Shown in pieces: positions 1-8,823 of a stretch of DNA of 64,000 nucleotides. This DNA comes from an uncultured bacterium (GTDB taxonomy: Bacteria > Patescibacteriota > Minisyncoccia > Phycocordibacterales > CAIRYW01). The stretch is from NCBI GenBank assembly GCA_963766885.1, contig CAVYBO010000002.1:86097-150096 (forward strand), written 5' to 3'. Each line of letters opens with the position of its first letter. Position 1 is the stretch's first letter. Position numbers and translations under genes: made by a program. The notes under the pieces are model-generated. The model was not told the origin of the DNA and ran no database searches. It saw only the letters and a list, made by a program, of their open reading frames with translations.

Positions 1-507
1 CTAAAGTTGCTTTACAGCTTCTTCTAGAAAAGTTTTATCACGAGCAACAATAAATGGCCCGTTATAATCCCTTGGAATATTTTTTGAAACCAATTCTATT
101 GCTTCTGATATTGGAACCCAAATTGGTGCTATAAAACCTTCATCAATTTCATGTTTGGTAAAATCTGTTTTACCTTTTTCTCCTATCACTTTTGCAATAA
201 AACAATAAGAAGTTTGTTTTAGAGAAGATTGATTCGCTCTGAATTCAAGAATTTCACCAAGTTCTTTTATTATTTCAATTTCACAACCGATTTCTTCCAT
301 ACATTCTCTTTTTGTTGCATCAATAATTTCTTCGCCATCTTCAATGCCTCCACCTGGAAGCTTATAATAATTATGTTTCGTTACTGGAAGCAAAGCCACT
401 AAATTATTTTCATCAAATACCACAGCTCTTGCAGCCCGCCTAACCCTAAAATTGGAGGCTTCTTTTTCTGTAACATTTTCCGGGTTTATTGTTGCTAGAT
501 GTTTCAT
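1..507 (-). CDS. NUDIX hydrolase
   Basis: The 168-aa ORF carries a NUDIX box G-x5-E-x7-REcxEExGc (GGIEDGEEIIDATKRECMEEIGC). The stop codon is the first 3 nt of the window. Confidence 0.8.
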   Translation of the reverse strand: MKHLATINPENVTEKEASNFRVRRAARAVVFDENNLVALLPVTKHNYYKLPGGGIEDGEEIIDATKRECMEEIGCEIEIIKELGEILEFRANQSSLKQTSYCFIAKVIGEKGKTDFTKHEIDEGFIAPIWVPISEAIELVSKNIPRDYNGPFIVARDKTFLEEAVKQL

Positions 508-511
508 TTAT

Positions 512-952
512 TTAATATTTATCCCACCCAAACTCCGAGTAAAAAATTCCTTTCCTGTAGCATTCGATGGCTTCTCTGATATATGGAATAGTATTATCCG
601 GTAAATTACTGATATCAAACCAACTAAGATCACTACATTTGTTTGGTTCGGTGTTTGTGATTTCTCCTTTCCATTTTTTTGACTCAAAGAAGAAATCTAT
701 TCTTTCGTCATTACCTATTCTGTGCATTACTACTTTTAAGTCTAAATCATTCGGATCAATGTCCACTCCGCTTTCTTCTTTTGCTTCTCTGGCAGCTGCA
801 AAAGTCATAGCTTCGTTTCCATCTACATGTCCTGCAACAAGACTATAGTTTCCATCTTCATATCCTGTATTTGTTCTGCGAAGAAGCAGTGTCTTTTCTT
901 CTTTTCTGAAGAACAAGTAAACTGATGCAATTAATTTAAATTTTTCTTTCAC
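512..952 (-). CDS. NUDIX hydrolase (second, tandem)
   Basis: The 146-aa ORF carries a NUDIX box GHVDGNEAMTFAAAREAKEESGV. It is packed 4 nt from the previous NUDIX gene. Confidence 0.8.
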   Translation of the reverse strand: MKEKFKLIASVYLFFRKEEKTLLLRRTNTGYEDGNYSLVAGHVDGNEAMTFAAAREAKEESGVDIDPNDLDLKVVMHRIGNDERIDFFFESKKWKGEITNTEPNKCSDLSWFDISNLPDNTIPYIREAIECYRKGIFYSEFGWDKY

Positions 953-1365
953 GTTATTTTATTCAAATCACCATTTAGTATAACCGGTTTCATTGCTTCA
1001 AGCTCATCACGGTAAGATAAATTTGGTAGAGGATTCAATATATAAATTAGTTTATCAAGTACATGCGCAAATCCCATTTCAAGAAAAGTATTACCACCAA
1101 TGTATCCTTCAATCCCTTTCTTTTCTTCATTAATTACGAGTACTAAATCGTAGTCTTTCATTTTCTCGTAATAATCTTTTATTAGATTATTGTCTATTTT
1201 ATTTTTTACGCTTTCCTTTGGATTTGCATGTGTGTAATTGTTGGCGACATATCTTTTTACACCCCAAGGAATTTCTACTTCGAAACCTTTTTGTTCTAAT
1301 TCTTTCTTGATGCGGAGTACCTTATCGGCCGCTGATATTGAACAACAAATAATTATTTTTTTCAT
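949..1365 (-). CDS. nucleoside 2-deoxyribosyltransferase-like protein (NDT/DNPH1 superfamily)
   Basis: The 138-aa ORF has an N-terminal beta-strand KIIIC. Its C-terminal motif GGNTFLEMGFAHVLDKLIYIL matches the DxGTxxExGxA core of NDT/Rcl-type N-glycosidases. Confidence 0.5.
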   Translation of the reverse strand: MKKIIICCSISAADKVLRIKKELEQKGFEVEIPWGVKRYVANNYTHANPKESVKNKIDNNLIKDYYEKMKDYDLVLVINEEKKGIEGYIGGNTFLEMGFAHVLDKLIYILNPLPNLSYRDELEAMKPVILNGDLNKIT

Positions 1366-1369
1366 TAAA

Positions 1370-1978
1370 TTATTTTTTTAATGCTACTCCTTTGTAACGA
1401 TAAAAAAGTGGTCTGAACTCCTCTTCTGACTTTTCAAGACTTAAAATCTTAAAACCAGCACCAGTGATCAAGTCATCCATCTTTCTATCCAGATTACATC
1501 CTCCTGCATACCATTTTGAAAAAGGGTTACATATTTTTTGTAATCTACCATTAATTTTTTTTGGCGATAGGCCGTGCTCGATGAAAAATAATTTTCCTTC
1601 TGGTTTTAGGACTCTTATTAATTCCTTTAGTGCTAATGGCAAGTCTGGAATACTACATAAACTCCAAGTAGAAACAATTGTATCAACACTATTCGAAGCC
1701 AAAGGAACATTTTCAGCAGATACATTCAAATGTTCAACTGGAAATTTAGCAGTACGGATTCTCTCTTTGGCAAGATTATATAATTCAGAAGAGGGATCAA
1801 TAGCATATAGCTTTGAAACATTTTTATAGAAAGGAAGATTTAATCCTGATCCAAAACCAACTTCAAGCACAACTCCAGAAGCATCTTCTACCACATCTGC
1901 TCGGGTTTTTTCTGTATCTTTGTCATCCATCTCGTAGTTCAGTAGTCTGGGTAAGATGTATTTATTGTAGAGGTTCAT
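1370..1978 (-). CDS. class I SAM-dependent methyltransferase (Methyltransf_11-like)
   Basis: The 202-aa ORF has SAM motif I VLEVGFGSGLNL and a post-I acidic residue (AIDPS). Confidence 0.75.
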   Translation of the reverse strand: MNLYNKYILPRLLNYEMDDKDTEKTRADVVEDASGVVLEVGFGSGLNLPFYKNVSKLYAIDPSSELYNLAKERIRTAKFPVEHLNVSAENVPLASNSVDTIVSTWSLCSIPDLPLALKELIRVLKPEGKLFFIEHGLSPKKINGRLQKICNPFSKWYAGGCNLDRKMDDLITGAGFKILSLEKSEEEFRPLFYRYKGVALKK

Positions 1979-1983
1979 AAATT

Positions 1984-3774
1984 TTACTCCAACACCGCTT
2001 TTATTCTTCTAACTCCTTCGCTTACAGCTTCTTCTTTTTGTATTTTGAAGGTGCCTTTGAGTTCGGAAGTGTTTTTGACATGTGGGCCGCCGCAGAATTC
2101 TTTGGAAAAAGCGTGTTCCAAATCATTGCCAATATAATACACATTTACTCTATCTCCATATTTGTCTCCAAAAAAGTGCAACGCGCCGGTTTTTTCAGCT
2201 TCATCCTTTGGCAGATTGATTAAATTCACAGGCAAAGCCTCGAAGATTTTTTCATTTACGATTTCTTCGACCTTTTTTCTTTCCACATCTGTCATTTTCT
2301 TTGGATGAGTAAAGTCAAAGCGGAGGCGCTCTGGTGTGATGTTACTTCCCTTTTGTGACACGTGATTTCCCAAAACTTCTCGCAGTGCTTGATGAAGCAA
2401 ATGTGTGGCTGTGTGATATTGAATTGTTTTTTCGTCTGTTCCGCCAAGTCCGCCTTTAAACTTTTTCTCTGCGCCAGCGCGAGAAAGTTCTTGATGTTTT
2501 TTAAATTCTTCTTCAAATTGCTTGTCATCAATTGCAATCCCCTTTTCCTTTGCTAATTCTTTTGTCAATTCAAACGGAAATCCGTATGTAGAAAAAAGCA
2601 CAAATGCTTCCTTACCAGAAATTCCGTCAGAATATATTTTTTCAAATTGTTTTATCCCATCTTTCAAAGTTTTTCTAAACTTCTGCTCTTCTTTATCAAT
2701 TTCTGTTTTGATTGTTTCTTTTTTTTGTCCAAGTTCGGGATAAACATTTTTATATTTTTCAATCACACTATCCGCAATCCAAAAAAGCGAGCTACGCTTC
2801 ATTCCCAATTTGTCTGCGTGCAGGACTGCCCTTCGCAAAAGCCGCCGCAACACATATCCTTGATCGGTGTTTGATGGCGCCACGCCGTCGCCGATCAAAA
2901 AAACCGCGCTGCGAATATGGTCTGCAATTATCCTTTTGGATCTGCCAAGTTCTCCGTCTGCTGTGGAAAATTCATTTATTTTTTCAATAATAGGAACAAA
3001 TAAATCAGTATCAAAAACAGTTATCTTGCCCTGCACAACTGTCGCGACTCTTTCAAGGCCAGAGCCAGTGTCAACGTTTTGAGATCTTAGTTTACCGATT
3101 ATTTTGCCGTCTTTTTTCTCATATTCCATAAACACATCGTTCCAAATCTCGATTATTTCTCCCTTGTCATCCATTTTTACAAATTGTTTGGGCGTCAGGC
3201 CGTTTGTGTGCTTGCCGCTTGGGTCGTAAAACATTTCGCTGTCTGGGCCGCACGGGCCGTTATCTCCAGGACTCCACCAATTATTTTTGGCTGGCAAAAA
3301 GAAGATTCTTTCTCCCTTGATTTTGTTTCTATCAAAAATTTCCTGCCAGATTTTTGCAGACTCTGTATCGCGCGGAGCGTTATCGTCCCCTTCAAAACAA
3401 GTTATGTAGAGCCTGTTTGGATCCAAACCAAAACCTTCTTTCTTTGAAGTCAAAAGTTCAAAGCTCCAATTGATTGCGTCTTTTTTAAAATAATCTCCCA
3501 AAGACCAATTGCCAAGCATTTCAAAAAAAGTCAGGTGGCGATTGTCGCTGACTTCTTCAATATCATTTGTGCGAAGGCATTTTTGCACGTCCGCAAGCCT
3601 TTTGCCTTTGGGATGAGGCGTTCCAAGCAAATAGGGCACAAAAGGCTGCATGCCTGCGGTATTAAAAAGCACCGAAGGATCATTCTCTGGCACCAAAGGA
3701 GCGGAAGGAATAATTGCGTGCTCCCTTTTTTCAAAAAATTTTAGGAATCTCTGGCGGATTTCTTCGGAATTCAT
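1984..3774 (-). CDS. alaS: alanine--tRNA ligase, minimalist form (catalytic plus editing core, no C-Ala domain)
   Basis: The N-terminus MNSEEIRQRFLKFFEKREHAIIPSAPLVPENDPSVLFNTAGM is the class II AlaRS signature. The editing-domain zinc motifs HxxxH (TATHLLHQAL) and CGGPH are present. The ORF is only 596 aa. Confidence 0.85.
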   Translation of the reverse strand: MNSEEIRQRFLKFFEKREHAIIPSAPLVPENDPSVLFNTAGMQPFVPYLLGTPHPKGKRLADVQKCLRTNDIEEVSDNRHLTFFEMLGNWSLGDYFKKDAINWSFELLTSKKEGFGLDPNRLYITCFEGDDNAPRDTESAKIWQEIFDRNKIKGERIFFLPAKNNWWSPGDNGPCGPDSEMFYDPSGKHTNGLTPKQFVKMDDKGEIIEIWNDVFMEYEKKDGKIIGKLRSQNVDTGSGLERVATVVQGKITVFDTDLFVPIIEKINEFSTADGELGRSKRIIADHIRSAVFLIGDGVAPSNTDQGYVLRRLLRRAVLHADKLGMKRSSLFWIADSVIEKYKNVYPELGQKKETIKTEIDKEEQKFRKTLKDGIKQFEKIYSDGISGKEAFVLFSTYGFPFELTKELAKEKGIAIDDKQFEEEFKKHQELSRAGAEKKFKGGLGGTDEKTIQYHTATHLLHQALREVLGNHVSQKGSNITPERLRFDFTHPKKMTDVERKKVEEIVNEKIFEALPVNLINLPKDEAEKTGALHFFGDKYGDRVNVYYIGNDLEHAFSKEFCGGPHVKNTSELKGTFKIQKEEAVSEGVRRIKAVLE

Positions 3775-3800
3775 GCCAATAAATGTAGCATATTTAGTTT

Positions 3801-4427
3801 TTATTTAAAATTCTTCAATATTTCAAAATCTTTTAGCAGAGTTTCTCTCATACCACCGTTGTAGAGCGCTGCAGCAGGATGATAAAAAGGTATTATTTTT
3901 ATTTTCCCAAAACTTGCATCTGCTTCGTAACTTTTGCCATGGGCTTTGGAAATTGATTCAAGGTCAAGAAACAGCTCAAATTTTTCCATTATGTATTGCA
4001 TTGAAAATCGGCCGAGCGTTGCAATTACTTTGGGCTGGATTATCTCAATCTGTCTATCAAGAAATCCTCCATAAGAGGCAATTTCTTCTGGAGTCGGGTC
4101 TCTGTTTTCTGGCGGACGGTCTTTGACTATATTTGTGATGTAGACGTCTTTTCTATCCAATCCAACATGATTTAAGAGTTCATCTAAAAATTTGCCCGCA
4201 GCTCCGCAAAACGGCCGGCCTTTTTCTGCTTCATTCTTTCCTGGCGCTTCCCCAACAAACATTATTTTGGCAAAGTGACTTCCCTCTCCAAGCACTGGAA
4301 AGTATTTATTTTCTGTTCGGTATTTATACAAAGGCAAAGTTTTAAGTCCCGCAACTTCATCGCGAATTACTTTGAGTTTCTCTCTTCTTTCAGCGGTTTG
4401 TTTTTCTTGTTCTTTTTCAGATGGCAT
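3801..4427 (-). CDS. uracil-DNA glycosylase, family 4
   Basis: The 208-aa ORF has the family-4 UDG motif GEAPG (VGEAPGKNEAEKGRPFCGAAGKFL) and a C-terminal HPAAALY-like segment. Confidence 0.8.
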   Translation of the reverse strand: MPSEKEQEKQTAERREKLKVIRDEVAGLKTLPLYKYRTENKYFPVLGEGSHFAKIMFVGEAPGKNEAEKGRPFCGAAGKFLDELLNHVGLDRKDVYITNIVKDRPPENRDPTPEEIASYGGFLDRQIEIIQPKVIATLGRFSMQYIMEKFELFLDLESISKAHGKSYEADASFGKIKIIPFYHPAAALYNGGMRETLLKDFEILKNFK

Positions 4428-4701
4428 TTTCTCTCATCAAAATTTCTCTTTTGTTTTTGCCTTGAAGACCGTTGTATTTGCCAATTTTGCCGTCGGAATT
4501 TATTACTCTGTGGCACGGTACGTTTTTGTCTTGATTTGCTTTCATAATATTGCCAACAACTCTAAAAGCGTTTGGAGATCCGGCGCGCTTTGCAACTTCC
4601 TTGTAGCTTAAGGTTTTGCCTTTTGGAATTTTCTTTACGATTGCCAAAACTTTTTCTTTAAAAGAGGGTTTCTTTGATTTCTTCTTTATTTTTGTTGTCA
4701 T
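4417..4701 (-). CDS. MGMT-family protein (O6-alkylguanine-DNA alkyltransferase DNA-binding/active-site domain only)
   Basis: The 94-aa ORF has an HTH followed by the PCHRV active-site motif (NVPCHRVINSDGKIG). Confidence 0.7.
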   Translation of the reverse strand: MTTKIKKKSKKPSFKEKVLAIVKKIPKGKTLSYKEVAKRAGSPNAFRVVGNIMKANQDKNVPCHRVINSDGKIGKYNGLQGKNKREILMRENAI

Positions 4702-5491
4702 TGTTTTCTTTTTTAGATTTTATAAATTTGTTTGATTCTTCTGCGGCAAATTTTCTATATGCGCAGTATTCGCAGGTTTCTGACGGCTCTGGAATTCCTT
4801 TCTGTTCCAAAAGTTCTTTGATTTCTAAAATCTTTTTATGAACCCAAGAATCATCCCCTTTATGTGCAATTAATGTTACATCAAACTCCAATTTGCCGTC
4901 AAAAGCTTCCTTGTCTTTTCTGCCGTTTACGTATACGAAATAGCCAGTATCTGAAACTTTAAATCCTTTTTTGCGAAGCAGCCACTGGTAAACTTCCATC
5001 TGCCTTTTGTACTGTGTCTGCCACTTTGTATCGTCAAGCGAATCCATATTACCGTCTTTGCTTGTGGCTTTGTAATCAACGACAATCAGATTGCCTTTCT
5101 TGTCCACCCACACATCATCAATTGCTCCAGTGATAAGCATACCGGTTTCTTGGTCTTTGTATTGAATGCCGACAAAATTTTCTCTCCATTTGTCCAAATC
5201 TTCGTGGCTAAGCGGAATTGCATCAACGCCATATTTTTTCATTAATGGATGCGATTCATTCTTTGCTCTGTGAATGTCAAATTCTTTTTTCAAAAGGGCG
5301 TCAACTGCGATGTTTAGTGTAAAAGACGGTCCTTTTGGCCTGCCGATGCCGAACTTATTGTCAATATAGAAGCATCTTGGACACTCCATAAATAAATCAA
5401 TTTTGGAACGGGATAATTTCCAATTATTGCCGCCGTAATTCCAGGCAACACCTCGAATTTTGGGTTTGGATTCATAAGACATTAGGCTCAT
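4658..5491 (-). CDS. PD-(D/E)XK nuclease, Cas4/RecB-like, with 4 Cys (putative Fe-S)
   Basis: The 277-aa ORF has motif II GAIDDV and motif III VVDYK, plus a QxxxY motif (QMEVYQ). It has an N-terminal CPRC and a C-terminal CEYC. Confidence 0.65.
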   Translation of the reverse strand: MSLMSYESKPKIRGVAWNYGGNNWKLSRSKIDLFMECPRCFYIDNKFGIGRPKGPSFTLNIAVDALLKKEFDIHRAKNESHPLMKKYGVDAIPLSHEDLDKWRENFVGIQYKDQETGMLITGAIDDVWVDKKGNLIVVDYKATSKDGNMDSLDDTKWQTQYKRQMEVYQWLLRKKGFKVSDTGYFVYVNGRKDKEAFDGKLEFDVTLIAHKGDDSWVHKKILEIKELLEQKGIPEPSETCEYCAYRKFAAEESNKFIKSKKENNDNKNKEEIKETLF

Positions 5492-6558
5492 TCTATCACG
5501 CCGCCGCCGAGGCAGATATTTTTGTCGTAAATTACCACTGACTGCCCGGCGGCTGCTGTTTGTGGCTTTTGGAAAACCACACCAAATACATTGTTTTTTT
5601 GCTCAATTTTTACATTTTGCAGTTTTTGATGATAGCGAATCTGCGCCTGGTATTTTTTGTTTTGTTTCGGCATTTCGTTTATCCAATTTGTGTTTCCAAT
5701 CAAAACCCTTCTTGAAATTTTATCTGACTCTTCCTTTAAATCCGCTTTAATTCCCACAGTAATTGTGTTTTTGGAAATATCTTTGTTGATTATATAGAGC
5801 GGCTTGTCATGATCTGTCTTTGCGGTGATTACAAATCCATGCCGCTCGCCTATTGTATAAAAAACAGCGCCATCGTGATGTCCTATAACCCTTCCGAATT
5901 TGTCCAGAACATCTCCTTTGTTAATTTCTATATAATGCGACAAAAATTCCTTCATACTTATGTTGCCAATAAAGCAAATTCCCTGGCTATCTTTTTTTTC
6001 TGCGTTCGGCAAACCGATTTTTTTGGCAATTTTGCGCACTTCTCGCTTCTCCAAGTTTCCAACCGGAAAAATAATTTTAGAAAGCTCAAATTGGGTTAAA
6101 GTCCAAAGAAAATAACTCTGCTCTTTTTCCTCATCAAAGCTTTTAAGCAAATCAAACTTTCCGCCTTTTTCTTTTATCTGAGCGTAATGTCCTGTAGCGA
6201 CAAAATCCGCTCCCATAGAAATTGCTTTTTTGAGAAAAGCGCCAAACTTTATTTCCCTATTGCACATTACGTCTGGATTCGGAGTTCTGCCTGCTTTGTA
6301 TTCAGAAATCATATAATCCGCAACACTTTCCTTATATTCTTTTTCCAAATCAATTGTCACAAAAGGAATTTCCAAATGGGCTGCGGCGCGCATTGCATCG
6401 CGCCGCTCTTCCTTCCAAGTACACTCCATCCATTCAGGCTGCCAAGTCTTTATAAAAGCGCCAACAACATTAAATCTCTGCTTTTTTAGCAGATATGCAG
6501 ATACAGAGCTATCAACTCCGCCCGACAGGCCGACAAAAACTGTTTTATTTTTTATCAT
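5488..6558 (-). CDS. mnmA: tRNA-specific 2-thiouridylase MnmA
   Basis: The ORF has a PP-loop VFVGLSGGVDSSVSA and the conserved MnmA core FVATGHYAQ. Confidence 0.9.
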   Translation of the reverse strand: MIKNKTVFVGLSGGVDSSVSAYLLKKQRFNVVGAFIKTWQPEWMECTWKEERRDAMRAAAHLEIPFVTIDLEKEYKESVADYMISEYKAGRTPNPDVMCNREIKFGAFLKKAISMGADFVATGHYAQIKEKGGKFDLLKSFDEEKEQSYFLWTLTQFELSKIIFPVGNLEKREVRKIAKKIGLPNAEKKDSQGICFIGNISMKEFLSHYIEINKGDVLDKFGRVIGHHDGAVFYTIGERHGFVITAKTDHDKPLYIINKDISKNTITVGIKADLKEESDKISRRVLIGNTNWINEMPKQNKKYQAQIRYHQKLQNVKIEQKNNVFGVVFQKPQTAAAGQSVVIYDKNICLGGGVIE

Positions 6559-6559
6559 T

Positions 6560-7549
6560 TTAATTCAAATACTTTGCCACGTTTGCTTTGTGTTCGGCAA
6601 ATGTAACCGCATAATGCACGTTTCCATCTGTCCCTGTCAAGAAATACAGATAAGCAGTTGTCTTCTTCAATACCACAGCATCATAAGCCGCATTAAGAGC
6701 ATCAAGTCCCGGGTTTGAGATTGCAGTCGGCGGAAGTCCGACATTCAGATAAGTATTGTAAGGAGAATTTATTTTTAGGTCAGCAGGCGCCAAAGAGTCC
6801 GGATCTTTGCTCAGAGCGTAGCCGACCGTTGCATCAGATTCAAGAGGAATATTATTGTTCAATCTGTTTTCAAAAATCTCTGCAACAGTTTCCATATCAG
6901 CTGGCTTTTGAACTTCCTTTTGGACAATAGAAGCAATGGTTACCACTTGTCCTTCGGTATTTTTATTCAAAGCAACAATTTTTGGATTTTCAGATATGAA
7001 TGTTAGATTTAGTTTTTGAACAATGTAGTTTTCAGGGGTTCCGGGGACAAAGAAATATGTATCAGGAAACAGATAACCCTCCAAGGGCTTTGCATCAGCC
7101 AAAAAAGTAGTTTGATTAAACCCGGGCAAATCTGGGGTTAGCCGATTTGCCATATCTTTAGAAGTGAATCCTTCTGGAAAGGTTATTTTAACTTTTGGAA
7201 TTCCGTAATTTCCTACTGCAATTTTATAGGCAATACTTAAAATATCGTCGTAACTTTTAAATTTATAGGGCCCCTCAATTACTTTGCCTTTATCTAAAAT
7301 TATTGAGGAGATGTCAAATAAAGACGGAGACCAAATAATGCCACTGGCGTAAAGTTTTTTGCCAACGGTTTTAATAGTGTCTCCTTTTTCGACAAAAATC
7401 TTATTTCGCGAATTAAGATTTGGTTTGGGCATCAAAACTATAAGCAGTAAAAAAACAAAAATTATAAAAATAATTTTGAAAACCAATATAAAAATTTTCA
7501 TAAACTCGGTATTGTAATCAAAAGGAGTATTTGTTTGGCTTTCTTCCAT
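6560..7549 (-). CDS. mltG: endolytic murein transglycosylase MltG (YceG family)
   Basis: The 329-aa ORF has an N-terminal TM and a YceG core IASIVQKEVQ....LESDATVGYAL. Confidence 0.8.
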   Translation of the reverse strand: MEESQTNTPFDYNTEFMKIFILVFKIIFIIFVFLLLIVLMPKPNLNSRNKIFVEKGDTIKTVGKKLYASGIIWSPSLFDISSIILDKGKVIEGPYKFKSYDDILSIAYKIAVGNYGIPKVKITFPEGFTSKDMANRLTPDLPGFNQTTFLADAKPLEGYLFPDTYFFVPGTPENYIVQKLNLTFISENPKIVALNKNTEGQVVTIASIVQKEVQKPADMETVAEIFENRLNNNIPLESDATVGYALSKDPDSLAPADLKINSPYNTYLNVGLPPTAISNPGLDALNAAYDAVVLKKTTAYLYFLTGTDGNVHYAVTFAEHKANVAKYLN

Positions 7550-7554
7550 CTTAA

Positions 7555-8778
7555 TTATATTGGAAGATTTGAAGGAGCGTCAGATTTTTTGGCTTCTATT
7601 CTTTGAATTGTCGGGGTCTTGGCAACTTCTCCTGGGAAGTGATAGATCGTAGCTAGACTTTCTGTATTCATTGTAAAGAAATGCATTTTAAATGGATCGT
7701 GAAAAGCTGCTCGAAGCTGGAACGTCTCAAGAGCGTGGTGTTTTTTGTGGATTAATTTTTTTCCCGAGAGATCCTGCCAGGGATATTTGAAGCTTGTTTC
7801 ATGGTCGTTTTCAAAACTGTTTAAATGCGCGGAATTGTATTGTTTGAATGAGCCGTTAAAACCTGCGATGCTTGATTCGTTGAATTTATCTACTGGGGCT
7901 AAATATATTCCTCTGATACAGGTGTCGAAAGCCAACTTAGAGATATTCTGCTGAATGGAATCTATAACTTCTTTATCCTTTTTTGAAAGAGCTGAGCCTT
8001 CAATACTGATTCCATTTAAATCAGTTTTTCCGCTTTCCTTTAATTTTTTAACTTCCTCTTTTCCATGGTAAGTCCAGTCTACCTTTTCAAACCAGGTGCC
8101 TGGCTTTTGGCGCTCTTTTTTGTGAGCTCGAATTATAATTTGCAACCACGCCTCCTCTCCTGCTCGTAAAGATCCCATATATTCGAGAAGCGGTGTCATG
8201 GGATCGATTTTAAATTCCTCATCAGGATTCTTGTCCATCCCATAATAAATATAGGAAAGGATCGGGTAATGGTCGGCTTTTGAAAGCCTGAAATTTGAGC
8301 CCCATAAATCAATTTTCCTTTTATCAAAATGCGCACGCTGCGTGTAATCCTTCACTTCAGAAACTTCAACATCCGGAAATTGAGCGTATATTGATGAAAC
8401 AACAAAATCTTTCCAAAATTTCCAAGTCCAAATATAGAAGTGAATTTCTCCGCCAAATGAAGCAATTTCAAGTGAGAACCAAGGACGCACTTTTCCGTTA
8501 ACGTATTTTGCTATCCATGTGCTTTCGCCTTTGGTCTGATAAAGCGAAGAGAGAAAAAGCTCCATTGCCAGCGGAGATTTTGGCAACAGTTTTGAAAGCT
8601 TTACTTCCAAAATGCAGGGTTCTTGAGAAAGGATAAATTTATTTCGCTTGTAGGAAAGATAATTTTTGAAGCAGAGGCTCAAAAAAACAATTGGCCCAAA
8701 AAGTATCGCCAAAAGCCACGCGTATCCAATAGCAGAAGTTATAATGTCCTGAAAAGGGCTAATTAAATTCGCATTCAT
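7555..8778 (-). CDS. hypothetical membrane protein
   Basis: The 407-aa ORF has two N-terminal TM segments and no recognisable motif. It lies in the same tightly packed minus-strand run. Confidence 0.5.
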   Translation of the reverse strand: MNANLISPFQDIITSAIGYAWLLAILFGPIVFLSLCFKNYLSYKRNKFILSQEPCILEVKLSKLLPKSPLAMELFLSSLYQTKGESTWIAKYVNGKVRPWFSLEIASFGGEIHFYIWTWKFWKDFVVSSIYAQFPDVEVSEVKDYTQRAHFDKRKIDLWGSNFRLSKADHYPILSYIYYGMDKNPDEEFKIDPMTPLLEYMGSLRAGEEAWLQIIIRAHKKERQKPGTWFEKVDWTYHGKEEVKKLKESGKTDLNGISIEGSALSKKDKEVIDSIQQNISKLAFDTCIRGIYLAPVDKFNESSIAGFNGSFKQYNSAHLNSFENDHETSFKYPWQDLSGKKLIHKKHHALETFQLRAAFHDPFKMHFFTMNTESLATIYHFPGEVAKTPTIQRIEAKKSDAPSNLPI

Positions 8779-8823
8779 TAAAATATAATAACATCTATCT
8801 ATAAATGCAGAAAACTGAAAAAC

